DNA of 63,046 nt, counting the filler, from Saprolegnia diclina VS20 (taxonomy: Eukaryota), in NCBI RefSeq assembly GCF_000281045.1. It is 6 parts of 3 records of this genome, joined end to end, with 100 filler letters (N's around TTAATTAATTAA, not from the genome) between each part and the next. Parts side by side here need not be neighbours in the genome. Positions count along the whole stretch, not along the records: positions 1 to 25,653 come from NW_008246080.1; 5 more parts are not named here. One strand, 5' to 3'. Every line of letters starts with the position of its first letter. Positions within the stretch are counted from its first letter, which is position 1. Under the pieces are notes generated by a model that saw only the letters and a program-made list of their open reading frames with translations, searched no databases and was not told where the DNA came from. Positions 1 through 12,036 of the stretch are shown piece by piece. The position numbers were made by a program, and so were the translations under genes.

Positions 1-671
1 TTTTTGGACTTGGATCCAACCCTGTTTCCACGCGTCATGAAGCTGCTTCGCACGGGCACACTGGATGTCGAGGGACTCACGATCAACCAAGAAGCGGATG
101 TACGAGAGATGCTCGACTACCTCCAGATCCAGATCGAGAGTCCGGCGCCCGTGCCATCAGCACCGATGGCGCCACTGCAGTGGGACCCACGCCGGTGCTC
201 CACGAAGATTCAACTTGCGGACGACAATACGCTTGCCGCGCACGGCCCTATGGTTGGGACATCGTCGTCGCGTCGCAACCAGCGTCGACCTTTGCCGTGC
301 TCATTATGCTTGGGTCTCATGCCGAAGTCGGGTTCCTTCCACTTGACGACGAGACGCCGCCGGTGCCTGACCGCAAGAGTACGACCCGCGGCTGGTTCTT
401 CAGCTGTGCAGACGGGAGAGTGTTCTCGCACGACGAAGCAGCGTCAATTAGCCTCGTCGACACCACGGTGAAGCGACTTGCGCTGCTTCAAGTGACGTGG
501 CACCGCCTCCAGCAGCGCATCTCGTTTGCGGTCGACGGCGTACTGCTCCCGATGAGCCTGCACAACGTCGTTAGTGACGTCGACTTGTATCCGATCGTGC
601 GTCTCTTCTCCTCTGGAGCCAACGTGCGGCTCCTTCCTGTGCAAGAACACAGTTTGGTGGCGACAATTTAG
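1..671 (+). pseudogene. BTB/POZ (KCTD/T1-type) + SPRY-like protein, copy 1; 5' end outside window, apparent frameshift near 235-250
   Basis: ORF 4..471 (LDLDPTLFPRVMKLLRTG..EMLDYLQI..LQWDP) and ORF 180..671 (VASQPASTF..EVGF..GWFF..LQVTW..ISFAVDG..LYP) together align with the single continuous exon 2 of copy 2. A frame change is needed and no intron is evident, so this is a pseudogene or a sequencing error. Confidence 0.7.
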
Positions 672-914
672 GGTCATTTCTACCTTTGCACTAAATATAT
701 AAACTATAGAAGCGTGGACTTGTACACGAATACAGGGTGCTTCAGAAGGACCAACAAGTCTGTGCGAGTGTGTGCGCATAAGACATATTGCTGGTCGCTG
801 CGTTATGTAAGTATCGAGGCGGCGCAGACATAGCACCAAGGCGCGGTGACGGAATCCATCTGTATCCGGTATGTCATCTTTATCCGGATGACTGGCATTT
901 CAACGTTTGACACG

Positions 915-2047
915 ATGGTGGACAGCCCGACCTTGCACGACCGCTGCGCTGCGCTACAAGCCTCGGTGGCGGCACTGGACGAGACAACGTCGGACGCCCT
1001 ATGCAAGCTCGTCGACGAGTTGTCTGCGATTGCGTCGGACGTAGCGACCAAGGAAGAAGCGCTGCGACTGCACGAAGCAGCGCTGCGAGAGCGAGAGGCA
1101 CGCCTTGACGCCAAGCTCGAGCTGCTGGCAGAGCTCAAGGCCGACAACCATCGACACGAAACAGACGCGGACACGGCCGTCGATCAACTCCCCACGCACG
1201 CCAAGACGATCACACTCAACGTCGGCGGCACGCTCTTCACGACAGCGCGCGAGACGCTGCTGCGGATCCCAGGCAGCTACTTTGACGCAATGCTCTCATG
1301 TGATCACTGGCTGCCAAATGAAAAAGGTACAACGCCATCTACTAGTATATCTGTGGTGAAAGGTACTGACAACGACTCTCGGTAGGCGAGTACTTTTTGG
1401 ACCTGGACGCGAGTACGTTTGCGCGAGTGATCAAGTACCTTCGCACGGGCACGCTCAACCTCAGTGGGCTCTCGAATACGGACGAGGACGAGCTCCGCGA
1501 GATGCTCGACTACCTCCAGATCGAGTGGCCGCTGCCAGCGCCATCCGCGCCGCCAGTGCCGGTGGAGACGCCGCGATTGCAGTGGGACCCACTACACTGC
1601 ACCGAGACCATCACCCTGGAAAACGACTTTATGGTCGCAAACACCAAAGCTGTGCGCGCAAATGGCATGGTGCTTGCCTCGATGCCAGCGACGACCTTCG
1701 GAGTCCTCGTCCGTCTCGGGAGTAATGTCGAAGTCGGGTTTCTGCCGTTGCACAAGTTTGCGTGTGTTCAAGACCCGCGCAAGACGCCGCCGGGCTGGTT
1801 CTTTCGCTGTACGAATGGCACCGTGCGGTCGCATACCGAGCCACGGGAGATTCCTGTCATTGCAGCGAAGCTGATGAATTTAATTTTTCTCCAAGTGACG
1901 TGGCACAAGGACCAAGAACGCATTTCGTTTGCTGTCGACGGCGTCCCTCTCGCTGCGGGGCTGCACAACGTCCCGAAAGATGTCGCCTTGTACCCGTGTC
2001 TGCGCTTCGATTCGAGCTGGGCGACTGTCAAGCTACTGCCTGTATAA
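915..2047 (+). CDS. Coiled-coil + BTB/POZ + SPRY-like protein, copy 2 (exons 915-1326, 1386-2047)
   Basis: ITLNVGGTLFTTARETLLRIPGSYFDAML. The GT-AG intron 1327-1385 joins WLPNEK-G-EYFLDLD. The C-terminal beta-rich domain ends in VALYPCLRF. Confidence 0.85.
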
Positions 2048-2296
2048 CCTACATATACCGTACATGGTCTATGAACGAACTGCTTTTGCGTTATCAATGA
2101 CAGCGCGACAACTTATAAAGTATGCTGGCCCTAAGCTGTCTCCTGCTGGTTTGTGCAGTCCCATACGCTTGCGCTGCCACGTCATGGATATATGAAAAGA
2201 GAGGACCTCTGAAAATAAATGGCAATCTGGACACGTACTGGAGTTGGACAGGCGCGCTGGACAAGCAACACCGTCCTCCTTCCGGCTAGTATAAAG

Positions 2297-3443
2297 ATGG
2301 TTGTGAGTTGCAACAAGCCGGACGGGGTCGACTTTGCCGCTCTGCACGCGTCCATTGCGGCGCTGACTGCGTCGCCCGAGACGACCGAAGCGCTACAGCA
2401 CATCACGCACGAGATGCACGCGATCGTAACGAGCTTGGCTACTCGCGACTCGGCGCTGCGCCTTCAGGAAGCCCGGGTCGCCAGCCAGCTCGAGCTCCTC
2501 TCCAAGCTTCCATCACCATGCGGCCACACTGCGTCTCGTCACCAGCAACAGAGCACAACGACGAGCGAGCGAGCCAAGGTCGTCACGCTCAACGTCGGCG
2601 GCACGCTCTTCACGACCGCACGCGAGACGCTGCTGCGTACGCGAGGCAGCTACTTCGACGCGATGCTCTCGTCCGACCACTGGCTACCGAACGAGAAAGG
2701 TAATACAATGCTATCTACCGCTGCACTATATCTGTGGCAACTGGTACCGACGACGATCCCCGGTAGGCGAGTACTTCTTGGATTTGGACCCAAGCACGTT
2801 TCCACGTATCATGAAGCTTCTCCGAACGGGGTTCTTGCCGTTGGATGGCCTCTCCGAAGCGGACGAGGCCGAGCTCCGAGAGATGCTCGACTACCTCCAG
2901 ATCGAGTGTCCACAACCGACGCCGTCGGCGCCCCCGGCGGCGCCACTACACAACGTGTACTGGGACCCGCGCCAGTGCTCTGTCTTTCTCAAGCTGCGTG
3001 AGCGCGACACCATTGTGCGTCAGACGACCACCGGCTGGAGCAACGTGCTGGCGACAACTCTTGAAAAGACGTTTGTCGTTCGCGTCCGGCTCGGCGCCAA
3101 AATCGAAGTCGGCTTCTCGACACTCAAGACCTTTTCTCCCCACATCCACCGCTACGGCAGCGCACCGCGCGGGTATTACTTCAACTGCGAGACCTACGAC
3201 GTCTATTCGCAACTCACGAAACGCGTGCCGAGCGGCCTCGATCCAAGCACCCCGACTGGCATTGCAGTTCTTCTACTGCAGCATGATCGCGACCGACGCT
3301 GCATCCAGTTCAGCATCAACGGCACAGCGCTCGCCATGACGCTGCGGGTCGAAGCCGGTGACGTCGGCGCGTTGTTTCCGATCGCACGTATTTCTAGCGC
3401 CGGTGCAGAAGTCGAGCTCTTGCCGTTCCAAGTCCCATTCTAG
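2297..3443 (+). CDS. Coiled-coil + BTB/POZ + SPRY-like protein, copy 3 (exons 2297-2699, 2767-3443)
   Basis: VTLNVGGTLFTTARETLL. Intron 2700-2766 lies at the same position and phase as in copy 2. C-terminal domain WDP..IEVGF..GYYF..FSING..LFP. Confidence 0.85.
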
Positions 3444-4317
3444 CCATGTCCTTGTCGCATCTGGTCGAAGTCGTCACGTGGAGGACGCCTGGTCAACCGT
3501 CTACAAGCGCTCCATAACTCTCAACAACATTCTTTCTGGGTAGTCAATTCCACCCGTAGCCATTGACGTGGCGAGTCTAATGCGCGCAATTGAACACCGC
3601 ACGCTCGAAGCAAGTGAACTTGTTCTTGTCCAGCAGGAGCTAGTACTCGACTGGTAGACGTTCTTTGATCAACAAAGAGCTTTTAGCAATGGCTAGTCTC
3701 GTTCGATTAAACAAACACCGCCAGCGAAAAGCAACGACGTGGAATGATTCGTCCCGCGCCATACATATTTATACTGCGCAGCACGGCCATACGATGAATC
3801 GAGCGGTGCCGACGTCACCAGCTGGCATCGCCAGGAACGGCTACTGGCCACTGGCTACTGGCAAGGATACTTGTCATCGCAACCATGAATCGAGGGCAAG
3901 ATCACCGACCCTGTGCTCCTATTAGGCCACCAACAAACGTCTTTTCTATAGCATTATTTGTGCCCCAACAGAGAGTCGTGGATCTCGGCGGTTTGTTCGA
4001 CACCCTTCGTCCAGCTCCATCCGGTAGGAAGCCGGAGGTGGAGCGACGATGGCAGTAGATACATTACACTATTTTATGGACGCACTCCAGCAGGGCGACT
4101 CGTGGTAGACCAGGTAATAAACATGGGACGGTCGGCTCGGTCTCTCGACGATGACGCGCCATCGACACGCGAATTTTGTGTATTTGTGCGCGGGCGACAG
4201 TGCACGCCGTCCAATGTTGACGCAGCGGTCCTTTTTACCCCGAAATAGAAAAGCAACACTATTTTGAGGTGGAGAAACGAATTCGAGTTTGACTGGGTCC
4301 AGTTGCCAAATCGAACC

Positions 4318-5550
4318 ATGACGCTGAGCGACTACGGGTCTGTCGCGCTCGACATCAAGCAGGACCGCCCGGCGCGGTCGGCCGTCGCCCACTCGCTGCT
4401 GCACCAGCAAGACGCCAACGAGGTCCGCTGCCTTCCGCAGGCCACGTCGCAGCGTGTGCAGCTGGCCATCTCGGCGTCCATCGTCATCAACATCATCCTC
4501 GCGATCGCCAAGACGTACGCCGCCGTCGTCAGTGGCTCGCTCGCCGTGCTCTCGTCGCTCGTCGACTCGATTCTCGATCTGACGTCCCAAGGCCTCTTCT
4601 GGTTTACCGACCGCTACATGCACACGCCAAGCCCCGATTACCCGGCTGGCCGCCGCCGCCTCGAGCCGATTGCGGTCGTTGTCTCGGCGACGCTGATGGG
4701 CATGGCCTGTGCGTACCATCATCCCTCTAACACGTCCATCGTGCTCATCTTGATACTGTTAGCGCTCGAGGTGGTCCAAAAGTCGATAGCGACGCTCATT
4801 GAAGGCTTCAACGGCCACGTTCCGGAGCTCGACATGTCCATTTTGACGATCGCGGTGCTGGCGGTTGCGATCGTTGTCAAGCTCATCCTCTGGTTCCTCT
4901 GCGCGCAAATCGCCCACGTGTCGCCGTCGGCCGCGGCGCTCGCCCAGGTAGACTGTGCCTCTAAGCTTGTCATTCTTAGCCGCTCGTAGGACCACCGCAA
5001 CGACGTCTTTAGCAACGGTGTGGCCGTCACGACGTCGATGATTGCGCACTACAACATTGATGCGTGGTACCTCGACCCGATCGGCGCCATTTGCATCTCG
5101 ATCTACATTACGTGGAGCTGGCTCGAGACGGGCAAAGAGCAAGTCGACCGGCTTGTGGGCATTCGTACGTGGTCTTTTGCTGTGGTTTCAACGGCGTCGA
5201 ACGCTCCTGCTAGAGGCCGACGAAGATTTCATTCAGCGCATCCATGCGATTGCCGACTCGCACCATCCCGATATGCAGTCGGACATTGTCCGCGCGTACC
5301 ATTTTGGCAACAACTTTTTGGTATCCCGACCTCCTTTTCGAGAATCCTAAGACACATTGTACCTTAGGTTGAGCTTGAAGTCGTCATGCCCAAGTCGATG
5401 ACGGTCGGTGACGCGCACGACATTAGTCTCGCGCTCCAGAAGAAGGTCGAGGAGCTTGATGCGGTCGAGCGGGCGTTTGTCCACGTCGACTACGAGTCGC
5501 GCGATTACGATGAACACAAGGATCCGACGATCCGAAAGGACTCGTCGTAA
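4318..5550 (+). CDS. Cation diffusion facilitator, Mn-CDF/MTP-like (exons 4318-4708, 4763-4947, 4990-5164, 5214-5320, 5368-5550)
   Basis: SLAVLSSLVDSILDL (DxxxD), YPAGRRRLEP, QDHRNDV, YLDPIGA, VRAYHFG and VERAFVHVDYE. Four GT-AG introns keep the frame. Confidence 0.92.
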
Positions 5551-6661
5551 TCGTCTTGCTTGGGTCGTGCTAGTTGGCGTCGGCACCATTGCCCTAGTGT
5601 TGAGGCAAAATGAATAGAGATAAGAGAATATTTTGGTGTGTTCTTCCACTTGTATTCAGCAGCCCTTCTTCCAAAGCATGGACATGGGGCAGGACATAGT
5701 GTACAAATGACATCAATTGTTGCTGTGGACCGCATGCAATGATTGTCGAGTCCCAAACTCGATGTGGTCGTGTTTGCGATTCCGAGGCCGGATCCAGTCT
5801 TGGATCTGATTGGCTTATCGAAAAATTCACTGGGATTTGATTGGCCGCCTGTCCCACTTTGCCTTTCAACCTACCAAGCACGACGAGATCGTGGAGATGG
5901 AAGGGGAAAGTCTGCGCAAGACGACATATCACCGGGTGTATCACGAATAATGGTCTAGTGCGTGCAGCCACAGCAAGGCGATCGCTTCCTGGACCTACTT
6001 CCACAATTGTCCACGCGTGCGCAGAGGGGTTTGCCTTGGCCATGCCACAGCTGGTCCTTTGTCTCGCCCACGTAGCTCTATAATGAGCCATGACACTCGC
6101 TAGCACTGCGACGTCGTTCTTGCGCACCATGCTGCCGCACCCGCCATAGATCCTTTGAAACCGTCATCGTCACCAACACGACGACAGCTTGCTGGATTCA
6201 TTGATTGAGGGCCCGACGTTGGACATGCTTCGAGTTGGTGTGCGGGGCGGTGAGCCAGCTCGGCCAGCGTCGACCAGCAGATCGCGATAAATCAACGGCC
6301 GCTCCGGGTTCTCAAGCACTTTCCCTGTTGTAGCGTGTGAGGTCCATCATGGCTCGGCCATTCGCAAAGTCACTCCACTGGTAAAGCTCCCCGCGGTCAC
6401 TTCTCACGCGCACTCGAAGCATGCATGTCCGAGTATTCTAGAATATCGTTGCCCAAGATACACTGCCCGCGAGCATCAAGCAGCTACGTCTAGGCGACCA
6501 GTCGGTGACGCCAGCACCTAGTGGATGCAAGCCTAGCACCATCTTAGTGGGCTAAGATATGCAATAAGCACAATATGCCGTGTCGTGGATACGTGCGAGC
6601 TCACACGCGAGCACACGCATGACGGTACGACTAGCAATGCCAGACTTTGCTGCACGCCAAG

Positions 6662-6760
6662 AAGAAAGGGTCAATAAGCTGTTTAAGGAGCTTATTGACC
6701 CTTTCTTGTGGTACTGACCCTTGGTATTGTCATGGGTCAATTATTGACCCATGGTATTGT
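6662..6760. repeat. Cluster of inverted repeats with GGGTCAAT/ATTGACCC core
   Basis: Perfect 19-bp IR at 6662-6707 (AAGAAAGGGTCAATAAGCT, 8-nt loop) and perfect 11-bp IR at 6731-6753. TGACCC(T/A)TGGTATTGT is directly repeated. Confidence 0.9.
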
Positions 6761-7284
6761 ACACTATACTACAGTGCTGCTGTCAATGACGTCGGGCGTT
6801 TGTGCAGGGTACTGTACAACAACGGTATGGAACCCGATCAAACGTGCGGCTGTGCTGCAGCCAACAAAATGAGCCCTTTGCGTGCAGCTTTATCATCGAC
6901 AAGAACGCGGGGTGCTCTCCAAACTGGCGAGTTATCCTCGATGACCAGTAGCGCTTCAAGGACACGGCGGTGGCACATCGTGGTGGGGCGGCTGCGCAGG
7001 CACTGCCTACCACCTTTTTTTCCACGAGCATCAATGTATGGGATGGCATTTCCAAAAAAAGCGTGAGATGAGGTATATGGTTGAATGCTATCGTGGATTA
7101 GGGTATATACGTGTACCTACTTTGATATGGACTTTGAGGACGATGGCGAATTGCCGAGGTGATCGGGCGCTGCGACGCTGCTGCGAAAAAGCCACGATTC
7201 ATCGTATCCGGATGATTCGCTCGTATCCGGTCGATGGGTGCAGGAAGTGACTGGGTCATTTTCGAATTGACCACGCCGACGACG

Positions 7285-8448
7285 ATGGCTGCCAACACGA
7301 CAACGACGGTGACGCACACGTGGACCTTGGACTCGACCTCGCTCTCGGGCCTTAAGCTCAAGCTGCCCGGCAACGGCTTCGTGTCGGTCTCGTCGGACGC
7401 CAAGTCGCTCCGCATCACGACGACCACGAGCTCGCAGGCGGCGCTCGACGCGATGCTCCTCGCCACGGACGTGAGCACGCCGACGCTGACCGTGTCGACG
7501 CCCGGCTTTACGGCGTCGCCGGAGCTCGAGTTCATCACCCAGGTGCAGGCGCCGCCGGGCCTCTTCAACGCCATCGAGTGCGCCGGCGCCGGCGACTGCA
7601 TCGTCGAGCCCGGTGTCCTCTTTACGACCGAAGACGTCACGCTCGCGGCGTCGGGCGCCGGTAGCTTGCTCGTTTCGACGGACGAGCTTCTCTTGCGCTA
7701 CGCCAACATTGAGGCGTCCGGGTCGGGCGACATCCAGTGGACCACCGGTCGCTTCGTCGCGCAGGCGGTCAACGTCAACCACCACGGCAGCGGCGCGGTC
7801 GCGTTCGAGACGACGTCCGAGCTTCTTCCGGGTGTGCTCACGACCAAGATTGCTGGCTCGGGCAGCGCCTTCTACAAGGGCAACCGCATCGACGCGCCGG
7901 TTGTCGCGTCGACGATCTCGGGGGCCGGTAACATTAACTTCCTCCCTACGGGCGTCTGCGGTAACCACACGATCACAAGCACGGGCACGGGCAACGTGTA
8001 CGCCGGCGCCATCGTCTGCGACAACGCGGACGTCACGCTCGGTGGCGTCGGCGGTGCGCTCGTCGACGTCCTGAGCACGCTCACGACGACGGTCACGGGC
8101 TCCGGCACTGTCGCCTACGTCCACGACGTGCCGGCGACGCTCAACGCGACCAGCAACAAGGCGACCGCGACCAAGGCCGACACCAACTATGTCAACACGT
8201 TCGCGCTGCATGCTACGCCGGAAGAGGTGATTGCGGCTGTCGGTACGCCGCGCCCGATCGCGACGCCGGCGCCGATTGTGACCAACACCAACGGCGGCCA
8301 CGCGCTCACGGGCGACACGGATGCGGATGGCGGCTTTAGCTTCCTCTGGTTCTTCCTCATCCTTGCCGTCATCCTCCTCGCGACGCTTGGCTTCTTGAAG
8401 CGCTACATGGACAAGAAGAAGCAAGCCCAGTACGCCCCTGTCAAGTAG
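7285..8448 (+). CDS. GIN/DUF2807-like (adhesin-head beta-helix) protein with C-terminal transmembrane anchor
   Basis: Periodic small-residue repeats (ASGAGSL, ASGSGDI, HGSGAV, IAGSGS, ISGAGNI, TGTGNV, TGSGTVAY), a Pro/Thr stalk, the TM segment FSFLWFFLILAVILLATLGFL and a basic tail. Single exon. Confidence 0.75.
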   Translation: MAANTTTTVTHTWTLDSTSLSGLKLKLPGNGFVSVSSDAKSLRITTTTSSQAALDAMLLATDVSTPTLTVSTPGFTASPELEFITQVQAPPGLFNAIECAGAGDCIVEPGVLFTTEDVTLAASGAGSLLVSTDELLLRYANIEASGSGDIQWTTGRFVAQAVNVNHHGSGAVAFETTSELLPGVLTTKIAGSGSAFYKGNRIDAPVVASTISGAGNINFLPTGVCGNHTITSTGTGNVYAGAIVCDNADVTLGGVGGALVDVLSTLTTTVTGSGTVAYVHDVPATLNATSNKATATKADTNYVNTFALHATPEEVIAAVGTPRPIATPAPIVTNTNGGHALTGDTDADGGFSFLWFFLILAVILLATLGFLKRYMDKKKQAQYAPVK

Positions 8449-8652
8449 AGCTTCGGCTACCCTGTAATACCTACTCGTGTGTCTTCTGGATGAGTCCGCT
8501 TATCTCGTTCTCCTCGCTGGTCGATTGAGAGGCTGCCAGCACACATTTGGGACAAACAGAAAGGCCGTCGGGACAAACGGTTGTAGGTGGGACAAATGGG
8601 GTTTGGCCCAAATCTTCCGGATAATGCATGCGGATTACCGCACGCCACCATA

Positions 8653-11600
8653 ATGGCCACGCCGAGATGGACCGCCGAGTGGCGGACCGACGTCCGCGCC
8701 CTGGTCGGTCGCCTGGATGCGACGAGCGCCGACGTCGATGAGCTCCTCGTGGACCACTACATCCGCAGCCTCCATGCCCACAGCTACCTGGACGTGAACC
8801 CGAGCCAGGTCAAGCAGCGTGCGTGGGGTCTCATTGAGACGCTGCAGTTCCACCACCGCGACCGCCATGCCGAGCGGCTCGCCGACGTACTCTTTGGCTC
8901 GAATGACGCCAAGATGGGGCTGCAGATCTCGCCCGAGATCACGGCGATGCTCTTGCACCTCGCGACCGCCCCCACCGCGCTCACCGAGGCCGACCTCGAT
9001 GACATTGAAGCGATTCGCGTCGGCGGTGCGTCCCGGCGGACGATGGCCGACCAAGCGCGCGCTCGCGCCAAAGAAGCCACGCGCGCGCTCGTCGAGGATC
9101 TCAAGCAGCTGACGTTGGACGACGACTGGTTCCAGCACAATGACAGCGACGACGACGAGAGTGCGTGGTCCGACGACGATACGCCATCGTCAGCGCCGAC
9201 GCAGCCCGCACGGATCAAGCGCCTCCACCTGCCCGTCGCGCCGCCACCTCCGAACGATGCGTCACGCGCCCGAGCAACGAACGAGGTCCCAGAGCTCTCG
9301 CCATCGGACGCGCCCGGGCCGGTGGCCGCGCCCGAGACCTACGGCGTCCACAAACCCTGGCTCTTTTACACACAATACTGCGAGACGCTGCGTGAGCTCC
9401 AACTCCCCGCGCTTGTTCAAACGGTCGTTTCCGAGGCCGACCTAGTCGCCGACGCGATCGCCGCACTCCTCGGTGTCCCGTCCACGACGTATTCGCTCTC
9501 GTCGACGCTGCCGTCGACGTGTCCTTACATTGCCCGCCACGGCTTCTGGGCTTCTATGCAGCTCGTGCAGTTTGAGCTCAGCGCCGTCGGTCGGACGCTC
9601 GCGGTCTCGCACCTGTCACCAGGCAGCTTGCACAATCTGCTGCTCCGGTTCGCGTCGGCCGCGTCGTCCGTGGGCTTTCTTGACGGCCTTGGGAGGCATT
9701 TGACGCGTCTCGATGGCTGCTCGACGCTGCAAGGCTTTGGCCATGCACTGCAGCAGTGGGTGCGCACGTTTCGCCGCGCGCTCGTCCTCTTTCAAGCAGA
9801 TACCACGTCGCCGACCTTGCTGGCGACGCTGGCCGCCCATGAGACGTCGCTAGAAGAGCTCCGCTGGCTCTTCGAGTGGACAACGACGCTGCTGACCGAG
9901 CCGTTGGGGCAAGCGTCGCCGCGGTTACCGGATGTCGCGGCCTCGCTTCTCCGTGGGCTCGCGCGGCTCCTCGAACAGTACTCGGTACTTAGCCTCCCAC
10001 GCCCGTATACACTACTTCTAACCGTGTTCGAGTCGACGCTCCAACCGTACTTGAGTGCGCTCTACGACTACGTCCGCGGTCTCCCGTTGCCCGCCGACGT
10101 GGAGCTAGCATCGACGACCATGTCGGCGTTCGAGACCATTTTGCTCGCGTCGATCGGCGCTACACCGACAACCGACGTCGCAGCGCCCGATTTTCTGACG
10201 TCGGTCGTCGGGCTGTTGATCGAAACGCATGCGTACGCCCGCCTCTCGAGCACACTGCACGTCCCGCCCCCGTCGCTGCCGCCGCCGATGGTGCTAGCGA
10301 CAAGCGCGACGGGCCCGCCGACGCAAGCGCAGGCGCCGGGGCAGTCGACGCTCGGTGACGCGCTATTGCATCATATGGCCGCCGGTACGAACACGAGTTT
10401 TACTCGGTCGACTTACGAAGCGTAGACATCCCCAGCAGCTTCTTGCCTCGTCAGCCGCCGGTCGACGCACGCAACGAGCCTTGGCAAGCGCCGCTCGCAC
10501 CGTCGCGTACGTACAATGGGCAAAAGTAGACTGCTCACCCGTGCTTAGTCCCGCCCATTTGCTTTGAATCGATCTTGAACGAGCGCATCGTGCAACCGCT
10601 GCACCGCCATGTACGCTGGGTTTTCATTGTGTACGGTGGACAACTTGTCTAGTGCTTGAACCTCGGACATTCGTTTGCGCGGCAGTTTGTCTCCGAGTAC
10701 AACATTATCGCGCACCTCGACACGTTGCGCTGGTTTGTGCTGCAGCAACAGGCCGACGCTTCGATCCACTTGACGTCGCGCCTGTTCCAGCATATCTTTT
10801 CCAACGTCCACCGGTCGCGCTGGCTCGAGCCATATACGCTCAACCTGCTGCTACAAGAGACGTTTCTCCATGCCCCCGTACGACAGCATTCCAAGCGGAA
10901 TTTGGCCAAAAATTCACAATTTCATCGACATTTTTAGGACAATTATCGCTTTGACGGGTGCCTCGACGAGCTCTCGCTGCAGGTCATCCCCACCACCGAC
11001 GTCAGCGTCGTACCGTCCATCACTTGGCTCGAGCAAATGGAGTTTTGCTACGCACCTCCGTCCCCTTTGCACCTGATCTTCCAAGAAGAGACGATGCGAA
11101 AGTACTCGGCGCTCGGGGTCTTCCTCCTGCAGGTAGAGAAATGACGCATGCCTCGTCATCTTATCTTCGTTGTCGTACTATGCTAGCTCCAAGGTGTCGA
11201 GCGCTACGTCGTCCAGGTATTTTTTAGTATCAATGTATCAAGTGCACATACTCGTGGACTAGTTCAAGCACCAACTGCGACACCGTGTGGGCTACTTCAT
11301 GTATGGATGCTGCTGAGTAGATAGAGATAGAGACACGACTTGTACGGATGTGTAGGGCCAAGCAAGAGCTGCACGTACACGTTTTGCGCCTGGCCGAGAT
11401 GCTGCATTTCGTGGAGAGCATCCACGGGTATGCAGCCCGCGCGGTAGGACACCGTTGCTGTAGTCGTTGTGCTTATATCGCGTTAGACGTCGGAAGAGCA
11501 CTGGGAAGTTGTCAAAGCCGCCGTAACGAGTGCTAGCCGCGTCTCTGAAGTCGTCGAGTAGTGTTCTGGACGGTGTCTCATGGGACTGTAGATGAGCGAC

Positions 11601-11981
11601 GCGATCGAAAACTGCTTGCAGCGCATGCTCGAGCGCTGCTTCCTCGGCAAGAACCAGCGTTCGATCCACAAGTACATTGTGCAGTTGCTCCATCATGCGG
11701 TCAACTACGTTGTCCACTTTGACGAGTGCCTGCGGGACCTCGAGCGGTCGTCCGGTGCGTTGGAAGAAGTCGAAAATGGAGAAGATGACAATTCGTATCT
11801 AGATGCATCGGCCATGGACGTCTTGACGGCGCTCGCGGCCAAGTTTTTGCTGGGCCATCACTATTTGCTGTTGATTCTGCGGACCATGTTCAAGACGGGG
11901 TCGGCGCCCCACTTGCACCATCTCATGCTCGACCTCAACTTCAACGACCACTACGCCGAAGACGACGAGACGAGTACATAG
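8653..11981 (+). CDS. Gamma-tubulin complex component (Spc97/Spc98 family, GCP5-like), multi-exon
   Basis: VSEADLV..LLG, LAVSHLSPGSLHNLL, TLQGFGHAL, HLDTLRWFVL and C-terminal LMLDLNFNDHY. Large first exon to ~10384, then several short introns; not all exon ends were resolved. Confidence 0.75.
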
Positions 11982-12036
11982 ATAGATGACCTTATTGTGT
12001 TGTTGGACAGCGTTTCTCGGTCGTGACACAGCTACA

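Noticed and set aside
5594..6350. Minus-strand ORFs including one MORN-like string (SYVGETKDQLWHGQG)
   Set aside because: Only one weak motif and no consistent spliced frame could be built.
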